Source of the DNA: Burkholderiales bacterium
GTDB taxonomy: Bacteria; Pseudomonadota; Gammaproteobacteria; Burkholderiales; SG8-41
Direction: 5' to 3'
Assembly (NCBI GenBank): GCA_030684405.1
Contig: JAUXYA010000032.1
Location: 108,992 to 172,991 of the forward strand
DNA length: 64,000 bases
Part shown: piece by piece, positions 47,479 through 56,072 of the stretch
Position numbering within the stretch: position 1 is the stretch's first letter
How the letters are laid out: each line of letters starts with the position of its first letter
The notes under the pieces: generated by a model
What the model saw: only the letters and a program-made list of their open reading frames with translations
Told to the model about the DNA's origin: nothing
Databases searched by the model: none
Program-made: the position numbers and the translations under genes

Positions 47479-48750
47479 TCAGGCTGCCTGCAGCGCCTGC
47501 TCCAGGTCCGCGATGATGTCGTCGATGTGCTCGATGCCGATCGACAGGCGCACCATGTCCTCGCTGACACCGGCACTCGCAAGCTCCTTGGGCGACAACT
47601 GGCGGTGGGTAGTGCTCGCCGGATGGCAGGCCAGCGATTTCGCATCGCCGATATTGACCAGCCGCGTCACCAGTTTCAGCGCGTCGATGAACCGCGCGCC
47701 GCCGGCGCTGCCGGACTTGATGCCAAAGCTGAGGATGCCCGAAGCGCGGCCGCCCATGTACTTTTCGACCAACAGCTTGTCAGGATGGTCGGGCAGGCCG
47801 GCATAACGCACCCAGCCCACTTTCGCGTGGCCCTGCAGATGGCGCGCTGCAGCCAGCGCGTTGTCGCAGATCCGGTCCATGCGCACCGCCAGCGTCTCGA
47901 TGCCCTGCAGGATCAGGAAGGCGTTGAACGGCGACAGCGCGGCACCCATGTTGCGCAGGGGCACGACGCGGGCACGACCGATATAAGCCGCGGCGCCCAG
48001 CGCCTCGGTATAGATCACACCGTGGTAGGACACATCGGGCTCGTTGAGTCTGCGAAACTTCTGCTTGTGCTCGGTCCAGGGGAAATTACCGGAATCGACG
48101 ATCGCGCCGCCGATGGAGTTGCCGTGGCCGCCAAGATACTTGGTCAGCGAATGCACGACGATGTCGGCACCGTGTTCGAAGGGGCGGCACAGATACGGCG
48201 TCGGCACGGTGTTGTCGACGATCACCGGCACGCCGCGCTCATGGGCGATTTTCGCGAGCTCGCCGAAGTCGACGACATTCCCCAGCGGATTGCCGACCGA
48301 TTCACAGAACACTGCCTTGGTCTTGGCGTCGATCAGCTTCTGCCAGGCCTTGGGCTCACGGTAGTCGGCGAAGCGCACCTCGATGCCGTACTGGGGCAAG
48401 GTGTGTGCGAACAGGTTGTAGGTGCCGCCATAGAGCGCGCTCGAGGTGACGATATTGTCGCCGGCTTCAGCGATGGTCATGATCGCGTAGGTGATCGCGG
48501 CCATACCCGAAGCCAGGCCCAGCCCGGCAATGCCCCCCTCCATTTCGGCGACGCGCTTTTCCAGCACGTCGGTGGTCGGGTTCATGATACGGGTGTAAAT
48601 GTTGCCCTGGACCTTGAGGTCGAAGAGGTCCGCGCCGTGCTGTGTGCTGTCGAAGGCGTAGGACGTGGTCTGGTACACGGGTACGGCGACGGCCTTGGTA
48701 ACGGGATCGGGTTTGTAGCCGCCGTGTACGGCAATGGTGTCTATTTTCAT
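47479..48750 (-). CDS. metY: O-acetylhomoserine aminocarboxypropyltransferase (sulfhydrylase)
   Basis: 423 aa. TIAVHGGYKPDPVTKAVAVPVYQTTSYAF, the PLP-lysine context VVHSLTKYLGGHG, and the C-terminal NIGDAKSLACHPASTTH. Confidence 0.93.
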   Translation of the reverse strand: MKIDTIAVHGGYKPDPVTKAVAVPVYQTTSYAFDSTQHGADLFDLKVQGNIYTRIMNPTTDVLEKRVAEMEGGIAGLGLASGMAAITYAIMTIAEAGDNIVTSSALYGGTYNLFAHTLPQYGIEVRFADYREPKAWQKLIDAKTKAVFCESVGNPLGNVVDFGELAKIAHERGVPVIVDNTVPTPYLCRPFEHGADIVVHSLTKYLGGHGNSIGGAIVDSGNFPWTEHKQKFRRLNEPDVSYHGVIYTEALGAAAYIGRARVVPLRNMGAALSPFNAFLILQGIETLAVRMDRICDNALAAARHLQGHAKVGWVRYAGLPDHPDKLLVEKYMGGRASGILSFGIKSGSAGGARFIDALKLVTRLVNIGDAKSLACHPASTTHRQLSPKELASAGVSEDMVRLSIGIEHIDDIIADLEQALQAA

Positions 48751-48973
48751 CAGTCCTCCATGGTGGGCAATGATTCAAGGTAATGATGGAAGTATAAGCA
48801 GATCCTTAGCAAACGATCTGGCAAATTCACAAAATATGCAATAAAAACAATGGTATGTATTATTTTCCGAAGATCGACGCCGACACCTCTGCGGGAACGG
48901 TTTGTTTTCTGCGCGGACATGCTTCAGCTACAATCTGCGCTCATTTTCCAGAGCTGACTGCCAAGGAGTTTTC

Positions 48974-49282
48974 ATGAAACTGGTTTATGCCGCATTCGTC
49001 ATTACGGGTGTCCTGTCCGCTGGCACTGCTGCTGCCACGGAAAAACTTGCACTGTCCAGTGGCTGCATGACCTGTCATACGATGGATCGCAAGGCCATCG
49101 GCCCTGGCTACAAGGAAATTGCCGCCAAGTATCGCAACGAAAAAGGCGCGGAAGCGAAAATGATCCAGAAGGTTAAGTCCGGCGGATCCGGTGTCTGGGG
49201 ACCGGCGCCGATGCCACCCAATCCGCATGTGAAGGACGATGACATCAAGGCCATCGTGCAGTGGATCCTCTCGCTGAAATAG
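48974..49282 (+). CDS. class I c-type cytochrome (c551/c552 family)
   Basis: ATG at 48974 after AAGGAG. Signal peptide, heme motif CMTCH, then GPGYKEIAAKY...GGSGVWGPAPMPPN. Confidence 0.9.
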   Translation: MKLVYAAFVITGVLSAGTAAATEKLALSSGCMTCHTMDRKAIGPGYKEIAAKYRNEKGAEAKMIQKVKSGGSGVWGPAPMPPNPHVKDDDIKAIVQWILSLK

Positions 49283-49301
49283 CGGGATTTCGTTCATTCG
49301 C

Positions 49302-49331
49302 AAAAAAAGCCGGCACCTGCCGGCTTTTTTT
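49302..49331. terminator. bidirectional rho-independent terminator
   Basis: AAAAAAAGCCGGCA-CC-TGCCGGCTTTTTTT, located after the cytochrome c gene. Confidence 0.85.
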
Positions 49332-49482
49332 GCGCGCTTCCCTGAACTTAAATTGACAGCCCCTTGCACGCTCCGGATAATCGGGAAATCCCTTTCAGTA
49401 ACAATGGGTTAAATACTGAACCTGCGATCTTCCGCACACTGCGGAGCGATTGCCCCGACAGACCTTCGGACTGGAGCCCTCC

Positions 49483-50706
49483 ATGCAGATGCACAAGACA
49501 CGCCACACCGTTGTAGCCCTCATTGCCGCAGTCCTGCTCACCGCCTGTGGCAAGGAGGATCCGCCCGCACCGAAAGTAGAAGCGCCCAAGCCACCGGAAG
49601 TGCTTACGGTGAAAATCGGCTCGGCCTCGCCGCTGACCGGACCGCAGGCGCATATCGGCATCGACATCCGCAACGGCGTGCAACTGGCTATCGAGGATCT
49701 CAATGCGCAGGGCGTGGAAATCGGCGGCAAAAAAGTGAAGTTCGAAATGGTCGCCGAGGATGACGAAGCCAATCCGACCAAGGCCACCACGGTGGCGCAG
49801 AAGCTCGTGGATGCGAAAGTCGCGGCCGTGGTGGGGCACTTCAACTCTGGTGCGTCGATTCCCGCCTCCAAGGTCTATGCCGATGCCGGCATACCGCAGA
49901 TTTCGCCTTCTTCGACCAACCCCGACTACACGCTGAAGGGTTTCAAGACCACCTTCCGGGTCGTTGCCCATGACGGCCAGCAGGGCCCGACGCTGGCGCG
50001 CTTCGCGATGAACAAGCTCAAGGCGAAGAACATCGCGGTAATCGACGACAGCACGGCGTACGGCCAGGGCCTTGCCGACAACTTCGAGGCAACGGTGAAA
50101 GCCGCAGGCGGCAAAATCGTCGCCCGCGAGCACACTACCGACAAGGACACCGACTTCAAGGCAATCCTGACCAAGATCAAGGGCCGCAAGCCCGACCTGA
50201 TCATGTTCGGCGGCATCGATCCGCAGGCCGGACCTATGGCCAAGCAGATGAAGGATCTCGGCATCAAGGCCGCGTTCATCGGCGGCGACGGCATGCAGAC
50301 CCCCAACTTCATCAAGCTCGCGGGCAACGCAGCCGAAGGCGCGATGGCTTCGATCCCGGGACTGCCCAAGGACCAGATGCCGGGCGGCCAGGCCTTCCTC
50401 GACAAATACAAGGCGAAGTTCAACCAGGAGGTGGAACTGTTCGCGCCGATGGGCTATGACGCGGTGTTCGTGCTGGTCGAGGCCATGAAACGCGCCGGCA
50501 GCGCCGAGCCGGAAAAATTCCTTCCCGAGATCGGCAAGACCGATCATCAGGGCATCATCGGCCCGATTGCCTTCGACGAGAAAGGCGACCTCAGGAACGG
50601 CCCGATCACCATTTACGTGGTCAAGGGCGGAAAGTGGGAGCCGCTGGAAGTGGTGAAGCCCGAAGCTGCCGCCGGAGCGCCGGCATCCGCATCCGAGATC
50701 AAATAA
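49483..50706 (+). CDS. LIV-type (HAAT family) ABC transporter substrate-binding lipoprotein
   Basis: ATG at 49483 after GGAG. Lipobox LLTACG. IGSASPLTGPQAHIGIDIRNGVQLAIEDLN is typical of Leu/Ile/Val-binding-protein-like receptors. Confidence 0.88.
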   Translation: MQMHKTRHTVVALIAAVLLTACGKEDPPAPKVEAPKPPEVLTVKIGSASPLTGPQAHIGIDIRNGVQLAIEDLNAQGVEIGGKKVKFEMVAEDDEANPTKATTVAQKLVDAKVAAVVGHFNSGASIPASKVYADAGIPQISPSSTNPDYTLKGFKTTFRVVAHDGQQGPTLARFAMNKLKAKNIAVIDDSTAYGQGLADNFEATVKAAGGKIVAREHTTDKDTDFKAILTKIKGRKPDLIMFGGIDPQAGPMAKQMKDLGIKAAFIGGDGMQTPNFIKLAGNAAEGAMASIPGLPKDQMPGGQAFLDKYKAKFNQEVELFAPMGYDAVFVLVEAMKRAGSAEPEKFLPEIGKTDHQGIIGPIAFDEKGDLRNGPITIYVVKGGKWEPLEVVKPEAAAGAPASASEIK

Positions 50707-50723
50707 ACCGCGACTACGGACAC

Positions 50724-50747
50724 AACGGCACCCTCCAGGGTGCCGTT
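50724..50747 (+). promoter_or_regulatory. intercistronic stem-loop between binding-protein and permease genes
   Basis: AACGGCACCC-TCCA-GGGTGCCGTT is a perfect 10-bp stem with no U-tract. It probably acts as an mRNA stabiliser or partial attenuator giving an excess of binding protein. Confidence 0.5.
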
Positions 50748-50760
50748 GGCGTCTCTGCAG

Positions 50761-51678
50761 ATGGAAATTTTCGCCCAACAAATCGTCAACGGCTTGGTGC
50801 TGGGCAGCATCTATGCACTGGTTGCGCTCGGCTACACGATGGTCTACGGCATTCTCGGCCTGATCAATTTCGCTCACGGCGACATCACTATGATCGGCGC
50901 ACTGGTGTCCCTGACCCTGCTGCAGCTGCTCGCCGCCGCAGGGCTGCCGGTGCCCCTGGTGCTGGGTTTGGCCGCCTGCGGCGCGATGCTGGTCTGCGCC
51001 GTGCTTGGCCTGTCGATTGAGCGCGCCGCCTACCGCCCGCTGCGCCGCGCGCCGCGGCTGGCGCCCTTGATCACGGCGATCGGGGTATCGATACTGCTGC
51101 AGTATTCGGCAGCGCTGGTCTGGGGCAAGCAGTACATCTCCCTGCCCCCGATCATCGAGCCCCTGCGGTTCACGCTGTTCGGGGCGCAGATGACCTCGCT
51201 GCAGGCGACGATCTTCCTGCTCGCCTGCACGATCATGGGCGGGCTGCTGTGGTTCATCAAGGCAAGCCGCATGGGGCGCGCGATGCGCGCGACCGAGCAG
51301 AATCCCGACGTCGCCGGCCTGATGGGAGTCAACACCAACACGGTGATCGCCTTCACCTTTCTGCTCGGCTCGGCAATCGGCGCCATCGCCGGCCTGATGG
51401 TCGTGCTCTATTACGGCATTGGCCACTACTTCATGGGCTTCATGCTCGGCCTCAAGGCCTTCACTGCGGCGGTGCTCGGCGGCATCGGCAACGTCGGCGG
51501 CGCCGTGCTCGGCGGGCTGCTGCTCGGCGTCATCGAGAGCCTCGCTTCCGGCTACATCGGCGACCTCACCGGCGGCCTGCTGGGCAGCAACTACCGCGAC
51601 ATTTTCGCCTTTCTGGTGCTGGTGCTGGTGCTAAAGCCCTCGGGCCTGATGGGCCGATCCGGCGGGGACCGCGCATGA
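50761..51678 (+). CDS. livH: branched-chain amino acid ABC transporter permease (LivH-like)
   Basis: ATG at 50761. MEIFAQQIVNGLVLGSIYALVALGYTMVYGILGLINFAHGD is the LivH N-terminal signature. Confidence 0.9.
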   Translation: MEIFAQQIVNGLVLGSIYALVALGYTMVYGILGLINFAHGDITMIGALVSLTLLQLLAAAGLPVPLVLGLAACGAMLVCAVLGLSIERAAYRPLRRAPRLAPLITAIGVSILLQYSAALVWGKQYISLPPIIEPLRFTLFGAQMTSLQATIFLLACTIMGGLLWFIKASRMGRAMRATEQNPDVAGLMGVNTNTVIAFTFLLGSAIGAIAGLMVVLYYGIGHYFMGFMLGLKAFTAAVLGGIGNVGGAVLGGLLLGVIESLASGYIGDLTGGLLGSNYRDIFAFLVLVLVLKPSGLMGRSGGDRA

Positions 51679-52769
51679 CTGCCGACCATCCCGCACTGCG
51701 CTGGACGGCCTGGCTCGCGCTCGCGCTGCTGCTGCTCGCGGCACCCTTCCTGATTGAGGCCCTGCTCGGCCGCGCCTGGGTGCGTATCGCAGACGTCGCG
51801 TTGCTGTTCATCATGCTCGCCCTCGGTCTCAACATCGTCGTCGGCTTCGCCGGCCTGCTCGACCTCGGCTACATCGCCTTCTTCGCGGTCGGCGCCTACA
51901 GCTACGCGCTGCTCGCCTCGCCGCAGCTCGCGGTGCACTGGCCCTTTTACGTGGTACTGCCGATAGGCGCGGCAGTGGCGGCGGTGTTCGGCATCCTGCT
52001 CGGTGCACCGACGCTGCGGCTGCGCGGCGACTACCTCGCCATTGTCACGCTCGGCTTCGGCGAAATCATCCGCGTGTTCCTCAACAACCTTAACCGCCCG
52101 TTCAATATCACCAACGGGCCGCAGGGCATCACGCTGATCGACCCCTTGCAGATCGGCAGCTTTTCGCTGGCGCAGACGCACACCATTGCCGGCCTCACGT
52201 TCACGCCAGTGCACAACTATTATTTTGTTTTCCTGGTCGGTGCACTGTTGTCGATCGCGATCTCCCTGCGCCTGGAGAACTCCCGCACCGGCCGCGCCTG
52301 GGTGGCAATCCGCGACGATGAGCTCGCGGCGTCGGCGATGGGCATCAACACCCGTAACATGAAACTGCTGGCCTTCGCCATGGGTGCGACATTCGGCGGC
52401 GTCGCCGGTGGCCTGTTTGCCTCCTTCCAGGGCTTCATCAGTCCGGAAAGCTTCCACCTGATCGATTCCATCATGGTGCTGTGCATGGTCGTCCTCGGCG
52501 GCATGGGCAACGTTTACGGCGTCGTGCTCGGCGCTGTGCTGCTGACCGCGCTGCCGGAAGCCCTGCGTTATGTCGGACCCCTGCAGCAGCGCTGGTTTGG
52601 GGAGGTGTTCGTTGATCCCTCGGACCTGCGCATGCTGCTGTTCGGCCTCGCACTGGTGCTGATGATGCTGTTCCGCCCGTCGGGCATCCTGCCGGCGCGG
52701 CGCAGCAACCCGGTTCGCAGTCCGGCCTTGTCTGCCGCCGCAGGAGGTAAAACACATGGCGCCGGCTGA
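51675..52769 (+). CDS. livM: branched-chain amino acid ABC transporter permease (LivM-like)
   Basis: The ATG at 51675 overlaps the livH stop (ATGA). LALGLNIVVGFAGLLDLGYIAFFAVGAY. Confidence 0.9.
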   Translation: MTADHPALRWTAWLALALLLLAAPFLIEALLGRAWVRIADVALLFIMLALGLNIVVGFAGLLDLGYIAFFAVGAYSYALLASPQLAVHWPFYVVLPIGAAVAAVFGILLGAPTLRLRGDYLAIVTLGFGEIIRVFLNNLNRPFNITNGPQGITLIDPLQIGSFSLAQTHTIAGLTFTPVHNYYFVFLVGALLSIAISLRLENSRTGRAWVAIRDDELAASAMGINTRNMKLLAFAMGATFGGVAGGLFASFQGFISPESFHLIDSIMVLCMVVLGGMGNVYGVVLGAVLLTALPEALRYVGPLQQRWFGEVFVDPSDLRMLLFGLALVLMMLFRPSGILPARRSNPVRSPALSAAAGGKTHGAG

Positions 52770-53535
52770 CGCGCCGCTGCTCTGTGCCCGCGGCATCTGC
52801 AAGCGTTTCGGCGGACTGCGTGCGCTGAACGCGGTCTCGATCAGCGTCTTTCGTGGCGAGATTTTCGGGCTGATCGGTCCCAACGGTGCGGGCAAAACCA
52901 CTCTGTTCAACGTTATCACCGGCCTTTACGCGGCCGACTCCGGCACGGTGACCTTCGATGGCGAAGCGGTTGGCGGACTCAAGCCCCATCGCATCGCGCA
53001 GCATGGGATTGCCCGCACTTTCCAGAACATCCGTTTGTTCGGTAGCATGAATGCGCTGGAGAATGTGATGGTCGGGCGCCACCTGCGCACGCGCGCAGGG
53101 GTGCTTGGCGCCGTGCTGCGAACAAAGGCGACGCGCGAGGAAGAAATCGCGATTACGCAGCGCGCTCTGGAACTGCTGGATTACTGCGGGCTTTCGGTGC
53201 GCGCCGGCGTGCTCGCACGCGACCTGCCCTATGGCGACCAGCGACGGCTTGAAATCGCCCGCGCGCTGGCCACCGAACCGAAGCTGCTCGCGCTCGACGA
53301 GCCCGCCGCCGGCATGAACGCCACCGAAACCGCCGGCCTGCGCGGACTTCTCGAGCGCATCGTCGCCGATGGCGTGACCCTGCTGCTGATCGAACACGAC
53401 ATGAAGCTGGTGATGGGACTGTCGCACCGTGTTGCCGTGCTTGATTACGGCGAGAAAATCGCCGAAGGCGAGCCGGCCGAAGTGCAGCGCGATCCCAAGG
53501 TCATCGAAGCCTACCTGGGTGGCGCCATTGCCTGA
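52756..53535 (+). CDS. livG: branched-chain amino acid ABC transporter ATP-binding protein (LivG-like)
   Basis: 259 aa. Walker A GPNGAGKTT, the LivG-specific insertion, LPYGDQRRLEIARAL, and Walker B LLALDEP. Confidence 0.92.
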   Translation: MAPADAPLLCARGICKRFGGLRALNAVSISVFRGEIFGLIGPNGAGKTTLFNVITGLYAADSGTVTFDGEAVGGLKPHRIAQHGIARTFQNIRLFGSMNALENVMVGRHLRTRAGVLGAVLRTKATREEEIAITQRALELLDYCGLSVRAGVLARDLPYGDQRRLEIARALATEPKLLALDEPAAGMNATETAGLRGLLERIVADGVTLLLIEHDMKLVMGLSHRVAVLDYGEKIAEGEPAEVQRDPKVIEAYLGGAIA

Positions 53536-54244
53536 GGCCCTGCTCAGCGTGCGCGGCCTGGAAGTTGCCTACGGCGGCATCCGCGCGGTCAAGGGCATCG
53601 ACCTTGAGGTGCGCGGCGGCGAACTGGTGGCGCTGATCGGCGCCAATGGTGCCGGCAAGACCAGCACCCTGAAGGCGCTCTCCGGCCTGCTGCGGCCCGC
53701 AGCCGGCCGTATCGACTATGACGGCGCCGAAGTCACGGGCAAACCGGCGTATCATCTGGTGCGGCGCGGTCTGGCGATGGTGCCCGAGGGACGCGGCGTG
53801 TTTCCAAGGCTGACGGTGGCAGAAAACCTCGCAATGGGTGCCTATATCCGCAAAGACAAGACTGCAATCGCCCGCGACCTGCAGCGCGCCTACGCGCTGT
53901 TTCCGCGGCTCGCAGAGCGCAGGAACCAGCTTGCGGGCACGCTGTCCGGGGGGGAGCAGCAGATGCTGGCGATGGCGCGGGCGCTGATGTGCAAGCCGCG
54001 GTTGCTGCTGCTCGACGAGCCGAGCATGGGACTGGCGCCGCTGATGGTGCAGAGGATTTTCGAGACAGTGCGGACCGTGGCCGCCGAAGGGGTGACAATG
54101 CTCCTGGTCGAACAGAATGCGAAGCTGGCTCTCGAAACCTGCCATCGTGGCTATGTCATGGAAAGTGGCAACGTCGTGCTAGCCGACGACGCGGGAAATC
54201 TTCTGCGCAACCCACAAGTGAGGCAAGCGTACCTTGGAGAATGA
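53519..54244 (+). CDS. livF: branched-chain amino acid ABC transporter ATP-binding protein (LivF-like)
   Basis: GTG at 53519 (alternative TTG at 53528) overlaps the livG end. LLSVRGLEVAYGGIRAVKGIDLEV, GANGAGKTS, LSGGEQQMLAMARAL. Confidence 0.9.
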   Translation: MAPLPEALLSVRGLEVAYGGIRAVKGIDLEVRGGELVALIGANGAGKTSTLKALSGLLRPAAGRIDYDGAEVTGKPAYHLVRRGLAMVPEGRGVFPRLTVAENLAMGAYIRKDKTAIARDLQRAYALFPRLAERRNQLAGTLSGGEQQMLAMARALMCKPRLLLLDEPSMGLAPLMVQRIFETVRTVAAEGVTMLLVEQNAKLALETCHRGYVMESGNVVLADDAGNLLRNPQVRQAYLGE

Positions 54245-56072
54245 GTTCAACACGCCCCGGTGGCAGCGTCTGCTACCGCCGCGCAGGGCACGCCTGCCGC
54301 TGATGGCATTGGTGGCCGTCGGACTGGTCGCGCTGCTCGGCTTTCTCTACCTCAAGAGCCAGGGCGTCGATTACCAACGCCAGGGTGAAATCCTCGGCTA
54401 TCTTCGCGAGCTGCGCGAGATCGATGCACGCTGGGACTTCGAGGTTCTGCGCGCACGCACCGAGGGCAAGCCTGGCAAGACCCAGCCCGGCGATGACCGC
54501 GGAGCGCGGGCCTCGGAAATACTCAAAAGACTGCAACAGGCCGCAGGAGAGGCTCAGGGCGAAGCGCTGATGCGGGAGTTACCGGCACTGCAGCTGGCCT
54601 TCGGCCAGAAGGCGGAACTGCTCGGGCGCTATCGCGCGGCCCAGCAGACCATGGCCGAGGCGCTGGCAAGGCTGGTGGAATTCGATGGCGAAATGGCGGG
54701 GCTCGTACGCGGCGCATGGGCCGCATATCCGCAGCGCGACCGGCTGGTCGCGGTGGAAAGCACCTCGGCGCTGCTGTTCGCGCATGTCATGCGCTACACA
54801 GCGGACCCGTCCGAGGCGCAGCGCAAGAATGTCGAGACCTTCGCCGCCGATCTGCGCAAGTCGGCAGACGACATGCCGCCAGCGCTGCGCGACGGCCTCG
54901 CGCGCATGGACACTTCCGTGCAACAGATCCTTGAGGCCAAGCCGGTGGAGGACGGGTTGTTCCTCAAAATCTCGATTTCCTCCGCCGGGCCGCGCATCAA
55001 CAGCCTGACCGACACCTTCAGCCGGGAAGCGGCGGACATCGAGTCCGACAGTGCGCGCTACCGCATATACCTGATTGCCTACGCCGGCGCGCTGCTGATC
55101 CTGATCGGCTGGCTGCTGTCAAAGCTTGCCGTCAGCTACCGGCTGCTCAACGAAGCCAACCGCGTGCTCGAGTCGCGGGTGGAGGAGCGCACGCGAGAAC
55201 TGTCTGACGCACTGCATCAGCTCAAGGAGTCCGAAGCGCAGCTGATCCAGACGGAGAAGATGTCGTCGCTCGGACAGATGGTTGCCGGCATCGCCCATGA
55301 GATCAATACGCCGCTGGCCTACGTCAAGAACAGTCTCGGCTCGGTCGTTGGCAAGCTGCCGGAAGTGAAAGAACTGGTGGTCGAGACCAACAAGCTGCTG
55401 CGGCTGATGGAAGACCCCAGTCCGAGCCCGGAGCGCCTGCAGGCCAAGTACGCTGCAGTGCGCGGGCTCGTCAACCATTTCGCCGAGCAGCAGGCGCTCG
55501 CCGAGCTCGGGCAGCTGGCCAAGGACGGACTGTACGGGATCGACCAGATTTCGGAGATCGTTCTCAACCTGAAGAATTTCAGCCGGCTGGATCGCAGCAA
55601 GATCTCAAGTTTCAACATCAACGAAGGCGTGGAAAGCGCGCTAATCCTCGCCAAGCACGAACTCAAACACCTGAAGGTCACAAAAACCCTCGGTGACATT
55701 CCGCCCATCACCTGCTCGCCGTCACAGCTGAACCAAGTCTTCCTGAACCTGATCAACAACGCGGCACAGGCAATCGAGTCGAGCAGCGGCGAAATCACGG
55801 TTAATACACGGACCGAGGGCGCCGACCACGTAGCGGTGGAAATCTCTGACAACGGCAAGGGTATCCCGCCGGAGATCATGTCGAAGATCTTCGACCCGTT
55901 TTTCACGACCAAGGCGGTCGGAAAAGGAACCGGGCTCGGCCTGTCGATCTCCTACAAAATTATCGAGCAGCACGGTGGCAGGATCAGCGTTGATTCCATC
56001 GTGGGCCAGGGCACCCGATTCACCATCGTGCTGCCGCTGACGCCGCCGGCCACGCTGGACGATCTTTCATGA
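54234..56072 (+). CDS. membrane sensor histidine kinase with large helical periplasmic domain
   Basis: TTG at 54234 overlaps the livF stop; an alternative ATG is at 54303. Two TM helices flank a periplasmic region of about 250 aa. HisKA H-box is [14 protein letters not shown]. HATPase motifs are [16 protein letters not shown] and [12 protein letters not shown]. Confidence 0.9.
   Translation: MENEFNTPRWQRLLPPRRARLPLMALVAVGLVALLGFLYLKSQGVDYQRQGEILGYLRELREIDARWDFEVLRARTEGKPGKTQPGDDRGARASEILKRLQQAAGEAQGEALMRELPALQLAFGQKAELLGRYRAAQQTMAEALARLVEFDGEMAGLVRGAWAAYPQRDRLVAVESTSALLFAHVMRYTADPSEAQRKNVETFAADLRKSADDMPPALRDGLARMDTSVQQILEAKPVEDGLFLKISISSAGPRINSLTDTFSREAADIESDSARYRIYLIAYAGALLILIGWLLSKLAVSYRLLNEANRVLESRVEERTRELSDALHQLKESEAQLIQTEKMSSLGQMVAGIAHEINTPLAYVKNSLGSVVGKLPEVKELVVETNKLLRLMEDPSPSPERLQAKYAAVRGLVNHFAEQQALAELGQLAKDGLYGIDQISEIVLNLKNFSRLDRSKISSFNINEGVESALILAKHELKHLKVTKTLGDIPPITCSPSQLNQVFLNLINNAAQAIESSSGEITVNTRTEGADHVAVEISDNGKGIPPEIMSKIFDPFFTTKAVGKGTGLGLSISYKIIEQHGGRISVDSIVGQGTRFTIVLPLTPPATLDDLS

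Noticed and set aside
47527-48783. A 418-aa plus-strand ORF opposite metY. The similar-looking string in ORF 45434..45868 (...QRFRIADVDQSRQQFQRVDE...) is related.
   Set aside because: Both are antisense translations. Their resemblance to each other simply reflects the metY/relic DNA duplication, which is reported on the correct strand.
48751-48973. A possible SAM riboswitch or leader upstream of metY on the minus strand, including the hairpin CAGATC-GTTTGCTAAG-GATCTG.
   Set aside because: I could find only a 6-bp hairpin. I cannot reproduce the SAM-II/SAM-V pseudoknot consensus from memory with confidence. An Infernal/Rfam scan is needed before any call.
49348-51426. A 692-aa minus-strand ORF opposite the LIV binding-protein and permease genes.
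   Set aside because: It is an Arg/His/Gly/Gln-rich shadow ORF. The plus-strand genes have clear transporter signatures and ribosome-binding sites.
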